DNA of 64,000 nt from contig ML996711.1 of assembly GCA_010356995.1 (NCBI GenBank), positions 198,518-262,517 of the forward strand, given 5' to 3'. The position numbers and the translations under genes were made by a program. Below, piece after piece: positions 12,587-23,326 of this stretch (within the stretch, counting starts at the first letter, position 1; every line of letters begins with the position of its first letter). Source of the DNA: Trichodelitschia bisporula (taxonomy: Eukaryota). A model generated the notes under the pieces. That model was given only the letters and a program-made list of their open reading frames with translations, made no database searches and had not been told where the DNA came from.

Positions 12587-13117
12587 GATGGAGACGAAAA
12601 GACTGTCGACGCATTCAAGGTTAAGCGTACGGTTGCTTTTATGCCAAAAACGGGAGGCAAGGCGAGGCAGCCTTGGAACCAACGAGAAGTGGTGGATAAG
12701 CAGATGGGATCGCAAGCTGATGAATCACGAAGGCCAGCGAGGCGGAGCCCTGGGCCGGCCGCTGCAGGTGCGAGACGCTCGGCAGAGCCGCCAGTCGATG
12801 CCGAGTAGTTTGCGGCGCACCAACCATGGTTTTCCAAACGGTAGGATTCCCGGGGCGATTCGGTATGCTGAAGCTGTCCTGTGGCGAACGGCGAAGTACC
12901 GTAGTAGGGTGCCTTGAAAGACGGGAGGCGAACTTTGGGGTTGGAAAGAGCTCATCTTCCCGTTCTGCGCAGGCGCGCGCCAGATTTGCCGCAGCCGGCG
13001 TCAGGGCAAACACCAAGTGGTCAGTGCGCGTCCGGAATCGCCAAGTTTTGCACCAGCACCACCGCCGCCGCCTCTGAGCAATTGCAGCCTCTCGTGAGCT
13101 GTGCGAGACCCACGAGG

Positions 13118-14701
13118 ATGGCCAGGCACTTGTCACCAACGGCGCAGCTACTGCGGACATCGCGCGTCTTCTCGCTGCCGCCGCCGCTCCCCCGACCCGC
13201 GACCGAAGCGAAGACCAGGTTTGGCTTCCGGGACTCTGACACAGCGACTCTGCCGTACCCTATTCGGCAGGCCATCGCCACTCCCGACTCCTCTCTCTGC
13301 CGCGGTGATTGGGGTCTCAAGCGTCCGCTGCCGATCCGCACCACCACCGAAGCCTCGAACCCATCCTTCCAGATCACTGCTCACGACACGGTCGAGCACA
13401 TCACGGACTTTGAACCCACTTTGAACCATGTCCGGACACTGGAGAAGTGGCAGCAGATCGGTCTGGCTGTTGAGCGATCGGACATGCAGCATACTGTAAC
13501 GCGATCACCTGTGAGCGCGTTTGAGGATCAATACGACAATACGGTCGAGAAGCCATCGGCAGACAGACAAACGTCAGGGCGTCCTAGGTTTCCGATCCGG
13601 TGGAAATATTCGGGGCCATGGACAGGCAACATGACGGATGCAGAGTTCGCACACTTCCTCAAGAAGACCAAGGCTCAGAAGGCAGAATTCGAGCAGCACC
13701 TAAGGTCATACTTCCGCAGCATCTGCCTCAGGCATAAGAGCACGAGTGCAGCCGCCGAAAGTAAGCATACCGAGAAGATGTTCTACACCTGGCTAGCCAA
13801 CATGTCAGAGGAACGCTTCGTCGCCTACATGGGGCGGAACCTGCAGGACCCAAAAACTAGCTTCGTGTATCACATTGGACAGTACGTGGAAGAGATGGAT
13901 GGGGAGCCTTGGAGCCAGGATATTGCTAGTGAGGCCAACGAGGTTGAACAGAACTTCCCTACCGCCTTCGAGAAGGACCTGTCCAAATTCATGCGCCAGC
14001 AAGTTAAAGTCATGCGGGGTGACAAGACGCTGCAGTCGGAGCTCAACAGGGAAATCCGCAACTTCCTCGACATGCCACATCCACCCGAGAGGCTCAATCT
14101 GCTAGCTAGCACTGACTTCCACGAAACGGCTGAGCGCCAGGATCCTGGACCGCTGAGCACACACCCGTCGGCCGGGCTGTCGTACCTGCGCACCAACTCT
14201 GTACTCAACAACCACCCTCTCCTCGGTCCGCAAAACAGCCGGCCGCCGGTTGAGGCGCGCGTGCTGCGCCCGCGTTCGGTGATGATCCGCTCTAATGCTC
14301 GCTCGACGCTCGGCGTTGCGGGCGTGGCCACGCTCGAGCCATCCGGCCACGACAACGACGACAGCGTGATGGACATCGACGCCACAAAGTTTGGTGGTGC
14401 TAAAATTTGGGTCACGCCGGTGCACCTGCAGATCAAGCCCGATGCCCGCATCGATGTCAAGGTTGAGCGTGCTGGAGACGTCCCCGTGCGTATCAGGCAG
14501 GGCTCTCTGCGCCCGGAGTTCCAACAGACGGAGTTGCCCAGGCACGGGAGGTTTCAGCAGCAACTGGATTCTAAACCAGCGTACGGCTATTCGAACCTGG
14601 TAGGCCAGCGTAGCAAACGGTCAGACCCCCACGAGGAGACGGTCATGCAGGTGTTGAAGAACATGACGCGTAATCCAAAAAAGAGCGAACAGAGGGAGTA
14701 G
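13118..14701 (+). CDS. MRP51: Mitochondrial small-subunit ribosomal protein bS1m (Mrp51 family)
   Basis: LSPTAQLLRTSRVFSLP, QAIATPDSSLCRGDWGLKRPLP, DTVEHITDFE and THPSAGLSYLRT match the fungal Mrp51 family. Confidence 0.85.
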   Translation: MARHLSPTAQLLRTSRVFSLPPPLPRPATEAKTRFGFRDSDTATLPYPIRQAIATPDSSLCRGDWGLKRPLPIRTTTEASNPSFQITAHDTVEHITDFEPTLNHVRTLEKWQQIGLAVERSDMQHTVTRSPVSAFEDQYDNTVEKPSADRQTSGRPRFPIRWKYSGPWTGNMTDAEFAHFLKKTKAQKAEFEQHLRSYFRSICLRHKSTSAAAESKHTEKMFYTWLANMSEERFVAYMGRNLQDPKTSFVYHIGQYVEEMDGEPWSQDIASEANEVEQNFPTAFEKDLSKFMRQQVKVMRGDKTLQSELNREIRNFLDMPHPPERLNLLASTDFHETAERQDPGPLSTHPSAGLSYLRTNSVLNNHPLLGPQNSRPPVEARVLRPRSVMIRSNARSTLGVAGVATLEPSGHDNDDSVMDIDATKFGGAKIWVTPVHLQIKPDARIDVKVERAGDVPVRIRQGSLRPEFQQTELPRHGRFQQQLDSKPAYGYSNLVGQRSKRSDPHEETVMQVLKNMTRNPKKSEQRE

Positions 14702-14806
14702 AAGGAGATGTACAGTAGTAAATAAATCTTGGCTCTGAAGCAAGCACCAACTCTGAATGGCCCTACTTCAAATTGTATCAACCGGACTCCGCTCCTTCCT
14801 TCTTCA

Positions 14807-14848
14807 TGTGACTGGTCGGCTGGATCACGTGATGTCTTGTCACATGAC
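14807..14848. promoter_or_regulatory. Ribosomal-protein promoter motifs upstream of RPS17: Homol-D-like box and E-boxes
   Basis: TGTGACTG (14807-14814, reverse complement of Homol-D CAGTCACA), TCACGTGA (14825-14832) and GTCACATGAC (14839-14848), 80-120 bp before the ATG. Confidence 0.55.
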
Positions 14849-14928
14849 CCACAAGCACCCTTGACCTGAGCCTCTAATACTCGCACCTCCAACTTTTTGC
14901 AACTTCATCCACTACAACAACCGCAAAC

Positions 14929-15502
14929 ATGGGTCGCGTTCGGACAAAGACAGTCAAGAAGTCGGCCAAGGTCATCATCGAGTACGTTATTCTTTGCTTT
15001 GAGGCTTTTCTAACGTCGCAGGCGCTACTACCCTAAGCTCACGCTCGACTTCGAGACCAACAAGCGCATTTGCGATGAGATCGCCATCATCGCCTCGAAG
15101 CGCCTGCGCAACAAGGTGTGTGCCCTCGCAGCTGGCCACTACATGGCTAACTCCCCAGATTGCCGGCTTCACGACGCATCTGATGAAGCGTATCCAGCGC
15201 GGTCCGGTTCGTGGTATCTCGTTCAAGCTCCAGGAAGAGGAGCGCGAGCGCAAGGATCAATACGTTCCCGAGATCTCGGCTCTCGACTTCACACAGAATA
15301 GCGAGAGCGGTCAGCTCGACGTGGACCAGGAGACTAAGGATCTGCTCAAGAGCCTGGGCGTGAGTTTCGGGTACCCCGCGCTATCTGAACACAGCTAACA
15401 ATGCAGTTCGACAACATCCCCGTCAATGTCGTTGCAGTTACACAGCAGCAGGCCGTCGAGCGTGGCCCGCGCCGCTTTGGCGACCGTCCTCCGCGGACTT
15501 AA
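14929..15502 (+). CDS. RPS17: 40S ribosomal protein eS17; 4 exons, introns 14982-15021, 15116-15158, 15360-15406
   Basis: Spliced translation [87 protein letters not shown]. Confidence 0.98.
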
Positions 15503-16893
15503 GTGCATGGTTCTCGGTCTGGGTCAGGGTTCGGTGTCTGGTAGGCAATGAAAATTCCCCCAAGGTGTCGCCGAGTCTTTGACGAGGCTTGATTGCCAAT
15601 TCCTGTGCCTGTGCTGTGACATCACTGCGTACTTGTAGCTTTGACAAGAACAGGTATGTCCTTGAAGTTCGAAATGACATCAATCGTATTGGTGAGGAGG
15701 ATTGATTGCGAATACTGTGAGGAGGACCGCAAAAATTTGGATTTTTACCGAAATAGTCGGCGATGCGCTTCTAACCGGACGCACCATTCTTCTCTCCAGA
15801 GCGTTGCCCCCCTCGGCAAAGGAACTGATAATACAGTAGCAGCTCTGATTACATATTTTCCCTTGTTTCCGTGGCTTCAAGCATACCCGGCCTTGTTTTG
15901 GGGGGAGGTTCCGCAATGCCGGAAAGGAGGTCTATATGATGCTGTAGTTTACTTGCACTGCTCATGTTTAGCTAGCTGAATGTTGAGGCTGATATTACAC
16001 ACCAGAAGCAAATGAGGCCTCTTTGTACTGGTGTGCCATCACCCTGTGGTGCCGAAGCATAGTTCTCGAATAGAAGGAACACTGGGCTAGCGCCTTGGCA
16101 ACGACTGGAGACCACAGGTCAGTGAGGATGCTCGTAGCTCAGTGTTTTCCGTCCATCTCAGTCTACAGTACAATCAATTTGCTTGCTACATGCTTTCTTC
16201 CTACTGGTGAAGGTGTTCGGTGCCACTTAGCTTTACCAGTCCGATGTCCTTTCATGGCGTGGAACGCAGGAGTTCGCTGCATGCTGAGCCTTCTCCGGCG
16301 GCACGAAGTCAACGTCTGGATTTTCCTTGACGATAGCATACTCACCCCATCCCAAGATTCCAAGCGGCAGAACGTTAGGCATCGATAACAAGACACGCTG
16401 GAACAGCTGGTATGTACACCCTCGACCAATGGCTAACCGGGCCCCTCTCAATCTACCACACCCTCTTCAGCACACAATCCCATACACCCTGACATTACGT
16501 TAACAAGTGTTGACAGGCACACTCTTCCCAAACGCTCACAATGTTGAGCAGTGGGCTTAGCGCACCATGGATGTACGAGTGAACTGCAGGCAGCCCGATA
16601 AGTTGCCCACCTGATGGTGAATGGCCGCACGACGCGAGGCACAGCCTCAATGATGCAGGGGCAACACCATGCTGTCTCATCAGGCGCGCGAATCTCCACC
16701 ACTGGATCCGCTACTACATAACGCGGGCCAAAGCCTTCTGATATCAAGGTGTGGCTTTGATATCCAGCTTGTTGTTCAGGCTTCTTTGTTTCTTGGAGCT
16801 GATATTCTTTCAGTATCACGACGCTCACATGTTTTGCCTTAACCGTCAGCGACTTTTGATCTTCCTTCGCAAGATCTTTGGAAATCGGTGCTT

Positions 16894-18980
16894 ATGAGGA
16901 TTGTCCGTACTTCGCTGGGTCGTTTACAGGATGGATCCAGCCTTATCAGCGGAGCTGGAACCTCAGAATCAATCCTGCATTCGTGCAGCCACTGCAGGAA
17001 GATCGAAATCAACATCCAGGACGTTCTAAAAGTAAAAGAAGGGTTCCGTACCTTCATGCGGAGCAAGAACGTCGAGAAACTCTTGACTCTACACCGTGAA
17101 TGCCACTTTTTCCGCCTCGTCCTGGGGAATCTCGAGTCACATCTCTTGCAACTTCAGACTGAAGCAGATTCGCGGCCCCGCAAGCGCCTCCGGTTTGGAA
17201 AGTTTTCGAGGGGGCTTTTTAAGTCAGGAGACGAGTTTATACTCCAATGCTGCTATTATTTCGACGATTTCAAAGTGTTACCGACAAATGTGTGGGGTGT
17301 TCAAGTGTGTTCAATTTTCGGATCAGAATACCAGAGATATTACTTTGGGATTGAAGCTGAACATGGTGTGTCATGCCTCCTCTGCTCCTATGGATACTTA
17401 CAAGTGTAGGGACCCCAGCCGCTGATCGGGTGCTCTCTCGACCTGTAAACCGCTCTTTCTCTTCCGGGAAACCCTTTCAAGATCTCCATCGTTGGCTTCA
17501 GCGCTGCTTAGATTCGCACAGCCAGTGCTCTACCCGCCTTCACCATTCGCTGCCCACTCGTGTCCTTGATATTACCGACGTGGATCGCATTCGGCTCTGC
17601 AACACGGATCAGGAGCCTCCTGACCGCTACGCAGCCTTGTCCTACTGTTGGGGAACGGGCATGCGAAAGCCACCAGTATCGACTACAAAAGAAACTCTGT
17701 GCTCCCGAATGGCGGGCATTAAAATGGCAAACCTTCCTCGAACTCTCCAAGACGCTGTCACGACTGCGAGAGCACTCGGACTGAGCTTCATATGGATAGA
17801 CTGCTTATGCATTATCCAAAATGATCCGGAAGACTTGGTCCACGAACTGGGCCTCATGTCTCACATTTACAAAGGAGCATTCATAACCATTGTAGCAGGT
17901 TCCGCCAGGAGTTGTGATGAAGGCTTTCTCGGCAAGCAAAACGCCGATGAAATATTCGACACCAACCAGTTTTTCAACATCAGCTTCCGTCCCTCACAGA
18001 AGCAGCATAGCAATGTCATTTTGAAGAATACGCGCCCCGGCCATGAGATTTTTTGGAAAGCTGTGGAACCGGTTCAAGAGCGTGGATGGACTTTCCAGGA
18101 ACACCTTCTGTCCCATCGCCTCGTCTTGTTCAACACACAACAAATCAGCTGGGTTTGTGCCGGCGCAATATATCACGACGGCGGCCCATATCTGGATGCG
18201 ACGATGCCGCCTGTGCCTTTCGTTGATGATCTGGGGCTTAGGGAAACGGAGACGAGGCACAGCCGTTACCTGTGGAACTGGGAACAAATCGTGCATGAGT
18301 ACTCAAGGCGGAAGCTCTCCCATTCGAGTGACAAACTACTTGCTCTTGCTGCCGTCGCAGAGGAATATGCACGCATCTACAAGCTAGAGCCGAAGAGTTA
18401 CCTCGCTGGCTTGTGGAAGGATGACTTCCCGAGGCATCTACTCTGGACGCCATATCCCCAAGATCGGAAGCCGCGGCCCGCAACTTATCGTGCGCCATCC
18501 TTTTCCTGGGCCTCGGTGGACAGTCGGGTAACCTTCGAAGTCGGCATATCCGATCAGTCAATGTATGCCGTTGCTCCTTTAACGGTGCGTGCGGTGTCCT
18601 TCCCCAAAGTCGAGTCCCTTATTTTTGGAGAAGTGCTGAACGCCCAGCTTACCTGCCATGGGCTTTTGAAAATGGGAAACATGTTTACTAGGGAGAGAGA
18701 TACGATTCTTAGTTTTGAAGGGTTTCAAAAAACGGGTCAGGTCTGGCCTGATATCACATGGCCTGGCGGAAAAGAGGTGCCGGAAAGCTGGAAGGAGGTG
18801 CTATGTTTACTCGTCCAAGGCCATGAGAAGCCTACATACCAGCTTGTAGGCCTAGTTTTGTCTCCAACTGGCACTGGTGGGTTTCAAAGGTTGGGGTTGT
18901 GGTTCTTTTCGCCGGGAAGTTTCTCAAACTTAGAGAAGTGGTTTGATGGAGTGGATAAGCGGTCGGTGGTTCTGGAATGA
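16894..18980 (+). CDS. HET-domain protein, paralogue of 8896-11035; intron 17366-17409
   Basis: HSCSHC N-terminus, YAALSYCWG, LPRTLQDAV, FIWIDCLCIIQND, RGWTFQEHLLS and YRAPSFSWAS. The intron joins ORFs 16888 and 17373 in frame. The start codon is tentative. Confidence 0.9.
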
Positions 18981-19684
18981 TGGAGGCCCGAAGTCGGCGC
19001 TTTTGGTGCATCCGGTCTGACGGCTTTGATCTGGGGATTTCAGCTTCCATTACCTATGGTACGAGCTGTACGATGGGAATCCATGGCGATGCAGCGGCGG
19101 CGATGTATCGGCCCGAGCAAGAGGAGATATCTCGGTGTGGCACGCTAGCATCGGCACCTAGCCTGCTAGCGCAGGGTCTCGTGGACTCCTCCGTGCGAAC
19201 TGGACCGGTACGGGGAAGCCCGAGACAAAGGGACCAAGGGACGGCCGAAAAAAGTCGAGGCGACTCTGCCTGAGTGTCTTTGCGGACGCGGGCAGCAACG
19301 ACTTTTCAAGGGCCCTGCGCGAGGCTGAGGCTGGTTTGCATCCGGTGGGTTCGGGGCCTAGGGAGACCTGCCGGCTTTACCCTGGATGGGAATATGGCGC
19401 TGGCGATCGGCGTCGAGCGACACCAATATAATTCAGAGAAATGGCGCTTGAGCTCGGCCATTGGCTCAAGAATGACGTCCTTCGGTGTCCGCCCCAGGAA
19501 CTAACGCGGGGTTTGTGGCGCGGCGCGGAGACCTAAAATGGTGAGACCGCAATCACCCCATGGCAAGATAGGGCCGCACGCGGGGCCTATCATGGACGCA
19601 AGATAAAAGGTCACCAAAGCCAGCGATGGAAGAGCCTCAAACCTCAATTCCAGATTATCTCGAAACTGACCAACTTCACCCACC

Positions 19685-20868
19685 ATGAGCCAGCAACTTC
19701 TCAACAAGGTACTCCCTTCATCCCCCCTCTAGCTCTAGCTCTCCGATCTAACATCCGCAGGTCGCGATCGTCACCGGCGGCAGCAGCGGTATCGGAGCAA
19801 GCATCGTGCGCCTCTTCCTTGACCACGGCGCCAAAGTCGCCAGCCTGGATATCCGCCAGTCTGCCGAGCCAGACAGCGACACGCTCCTCTCGGTGACCGC
19901 AAACGTGGCCTCGGACTCTGAGGTCCGCGCCGCCGTCGCGAAGGTCGTGGAGAAATGGTCCACGGTCGACATTCTCGTTAACAATGCCGGTGTTATGGAC
20001 CGAGCGAGTACGTGCCCCTCAAAAAGCAGTATCACCCCACATCTTGCTCGAACGTGCGTCCTGTCGAGCACAAGTACCTTGCGGGAATGTTACTACGCCG
20101 TCACGCATACATAACGGCGTAGTAACATTCCCGCAAGGTACTCGTGCTCGACGGAACGCACGTTCGAACAAGGCGTAGGCTGGTACGTGTCATCGTCCTC
20201 GCACAAGCCCAAGCCCTCAAGAAGCACCTTCTGCGGATGATCGATGGCGAGGATGATGACACGTACCAGCTTATACGCGACGCTCTTCGTCGTATGGAGT
20301 CTGAAGCTTTCACCCAGATGAAGACCTCCGCAACCGGCGAGCTCCCCACATAGACTACAGATACTAACATTGCCTAGCTGTGGCCGGTGACGTGCTCAAT
20401 CCCGAGTGGGAGCGCTGCATGGGCGTCAATCTTAACGGCCCCTTTTACCTGATCCGTGCGGTGATGCCGCATTTCCAGGCGCACGAGGGAGACGCCAAGG
20501 GCGTGATCGTGAATATCGGGTCCACGGCATCGGTGCGCGGCGCTGCGGCCGGGCCGGCGTACACGGCTAGCAAGCACGGCCTGCTCGGGCTGAGCCGCAA
20601 TGTTGCGTGGTGGTACCGGCATAAGGGTGTGCGGTGCAATATTGTCCTACCCGGCGGGGTGGAGACGAATATTGCGATGAATAGTTTGACGGGGCCGGTG
20701 AGTCAGGAGGGCATGATGGAAGCGATGCAGCGCATGCGGCCGTATATTGATACTATGCCTGGCATGTTGAAGCCGAGGGATATTGCAAATGCGGTTTTGT
20801 TTTTGGCGACGGCAGAGGGGGTTAATGGTGCTGAGATTGCGGTTGATAAGGGGTGGACGACTGCTTAG
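19685..20868 (+). CDS. Classical short-chain dehydrogenase/reductase; exons 19685-19708, 19761-20007, 20378-20868
   Basis: VAIVTGGSSGIG, VDILVNNAGVMD, IVNIGS, catalytic YTASK and VNGAEIAVDKGW. Both introns have GT donors, CTAAC branch points and in-frame acceptors. Confidence 0.92.
20043..20270. repeat. Two intronic inverted repeats with 59-bp and 24-bp arms
   Basis: 20043-20101 pairs with 20114-20172 (4 transition mismatches). 20179-20202 pairs with 20247-20270 (1 G-U). Confidence 0.92.
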
Positions 20869-20874
20869 GCGTTG

Positions 20875-20990
20875 GGGTTTTGATGTTGATGTTGGAGTTG
20901 ATGTTATGTTTTGTTATTGTGGGTTTTGCTGTGGGGTTTGATGTTATGGGGTTTGATGTTGGTGGCGATTAGATGCTGGGATTTTGATGT
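20875..20990. repeat. Low-complexity G/T-rich degenerate repeat (TGGGGTTTGATGTT-like) downstream of the SDR
   Basis: Repeated tgatgtt and tggggttt units visible in the sequence. Confidence 0.6.
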
Positions 20991-21804
20991 TAGCGGCGGT
21001 TTGATGGCTGATCGTCATGGCTTCTGGGATCGAGAGTTGATAGTAGCATCGAGGTGTGTCTACCAATGGGGCCAAAACCCATGTCCAACACTGACCTACA
21101 ACTTTGTACAAGTAGGCCTTGCTCCGCCTCTTCTTCCGATATATACGCCCGTAAACTTTAACCGTTACTATACTTCATCCTGTAGCGTTCAACGACAGCA
21201 AACCTTTCTAGGAGCATAACCGTCATCTGCTCTTGTGAACAATTTCACCTAGAACAGTAGGCCATTGGACGTACAGCCTTCAGCCTTGCAGCACCATGCT
21301 GCCTCTGACACGAAGGTCTCTTCGCTTACTGTAGGCAACTCGAACTCCCGGCGGTCGAAGGCTCCTACGCAATACATCTCGCTCCATTAGGAGAGACGTA
21401 GCTTAACAAGTGAAATCGGAGAGTCGAACGGATGTACAATGATTGCCGAGCTTAAGTCGATTCCTCTGGAAGGACAGCGATCCCGATGGTGGGTAACTGC
21501 AGGTATTAACGACAACACACTTCGACCTTGAGACGAGATGTGATGCTCACACTATATATTTACAGGTGCTGAGACGAAAGTATTCTGCCAAGTATAAACT
21601 GGAAAGCACTCTGCCAAGTAGCAACTGGTCACTGAAGCACGTATACAACAGCTGTCACAGATGTTATGTTATGCTCAACCTCACAACAACACTACACCCG
21701 CAATAACCCATTCCATCACAAAAACCCCTTTAACCTCAAACTGTGAGTTTACCGCATCACCAATACTCCGCTAATAAAGTCCAGAAAAAAAAAGGAATTC
21801 AAAC

Positions 21805-21996
21805 ATGTGCTATTGGACCCCAGAGCTCTGGCGGTGCGGCCATAAGACCTACAGCATGACCAAGCGTTGTGAGCTCGCTAAGTACGGGGGCCAATGCAAA
21901 ATTGGGAGCAAACAGAAGGAGCTCTCACCGGTACACCAAGCGGGTGACTGCCCGCAATGCATGAAGGAAGAGTCATGGGAAAAGGGGGGCCGGTGA
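21805..21996 (+). CDS. Small Cys-rich protein (63 aa), probably zinc-binding
   Basis: MC...CGH...C...C...CPQC pattern, good start context (CAAACATG), and a 5'-UTR intron at 21743-21784 (GTGAGT...CTAAT...CAG). Confidence 0.65.
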   Translation: MCYWTPELWRCGHKTYSMTKRCELAKYGGQCKIGSKQKELSPVHQAGDCPQCMKEESWEKGGR

Positions 21997-22183
21997 GGCA
22001 CCGAGATACGGAGGAACGAAGGGCGGTTGATCCGCTCTTGTACCAACTGTCGGAGTTTCTACGATATGTCACGATGTCACGATATGTCATGAAATGCAAA
22101 ACAAGCTGCTTAATTTAAGTTAGTAAAACAATTGATTCTCTCAAAAACTATCCCAGATCTGGTGCCAACGCCCCAACGCCCAC

Positions 22184-22551
22184 TCAGCGCTTCGAACTCA
22201 TCGTCCTCGACAAGCCATCCTTCAACTTGCGTCCGGCCGCTCGAACAGACTTCCACCTCCTCGTCAATGGATTCCCGTCAAACTCCCTCCTCATCCGCTG
22301 GCGCAACTCTTCGCGCTCTTCCTCTTCCCGACGGAGCCTTTCGCGCTCTTCCGCTTCGCGACGGAGCCTCTCCTGTTCCCCCACTTCCCGGAGGAGCGCA
22401 TTCAACCGGTCTACTTCGTGACGGAGCGCATCACGCTCCGCCAAAATTCTCCGGCGGCGCTGCTCCTCCTGCCATACTAGCCGCACCCATTCAATAAGAA
22501 GGTCCGTGTCCTATGGACGAGAAACTGAATTGGTACTGGTTGATCGGACAT
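22184..22551 (-). pseudogene. Small coiled-coil orphan gene; the ATG at 22551 is out of frame with the main ORF
   Basis: E/R-rich repeats (ERLRREAEERERLRREEEERE). The frame is closed by TAG just upstream of DTDLLIEWVR. Its upstream region is duplicated in front of the 23327-23974 gene. Confidence 0.4.
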
Positions 22552-22594
22552 GGCGAAGGATCGGGTATGCTCTGATACTGAAGGATTGCAGTGA

Positions 22595-22720
22595 TGGAAA
22601 GAGAAGGACTGGGGGGAATGGAAATAGAGGACTGGGGGGAATGGTAATAGAGGACTGGGGGGAATGGAAATAGAGGACTGGGGGGAATGGAAAGAGGACT
22701 GGCGGGGATGGAAAGAGAGG
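22595..22720. repeat. Minisatellite, ~5 copies of the 23-bp unit GAGGACTGGGGGGAATGGAAATA
   Basis: Tandem copies read directly, with G6 runs in most units. Confidence 0.9.
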
Positions 22721-23326
22721 GCGGGCGGCTTCATCTTATATGAAGATAGGATAGCCAGGTTAGCGATGCTGAAATTCCAATTGTGATTCAGAGAATGCTG
22801 ATAATGATGTAGGTGAAAGCATTCTGGATCAGAATGATACTAGTAGTGAGCTCATTGCGATAGTAGTGAGCTCGTCACGATAGTAGCAAGCTGTACTGTT
22901 ACGGCTGTTGTGAGCCAGATCATGGCTCGGAGTACTAACTAAGGGTAATTAATATTCGTTTCCTCGGGGTACAGGCGTGATTAACAAGTCACTGATATAG
23001 GCATGAAGGGGAGAAAGGTATTAAGAGACAAGCATGCTTGCGACAACATAATTGATATTGAGAGTATCTTACTCTTGGGGAAAGGACTAAGGGTAATGGG
23101 TGGTAATGTGGTCACCGTATGAAGGAAGCTGTGGAGGATTTGCTATACAAGAACTGTCCAGAAGCCTAAATCCCCAGCCCCTACTCATCGCTTACGTGTC
23201 GGACGCTCGGATGAGGGGCCACAGTGCAAGACGCCTGGGAGACGGGATTAGTATCCCGTCCCTCCTTGGCAGCCTTGCCGTGGGCGAGCTATCATCACCG
23301 TATGGCGATCCAGTCTCAACGCTCAC

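Noticed and set aside
20008..20377. TPP riboswitch or snoRNA in the long SDR intron
   Set aside because: No TPP aptamer core (CTGAGA...CCTGA) is present. ATGATGA at 20253 and CTGA at 20301 are only ~50 nt apart and the C-box lies inside a stem. The hairpins are too perfectly paired for H/ACA pockets.
22595..22890. CRISPR-like appearance of the short tandem repeats
   Set aside because: The units are contiguous with no unique spacers, the context is eukaryotic, and there are no cas genes.
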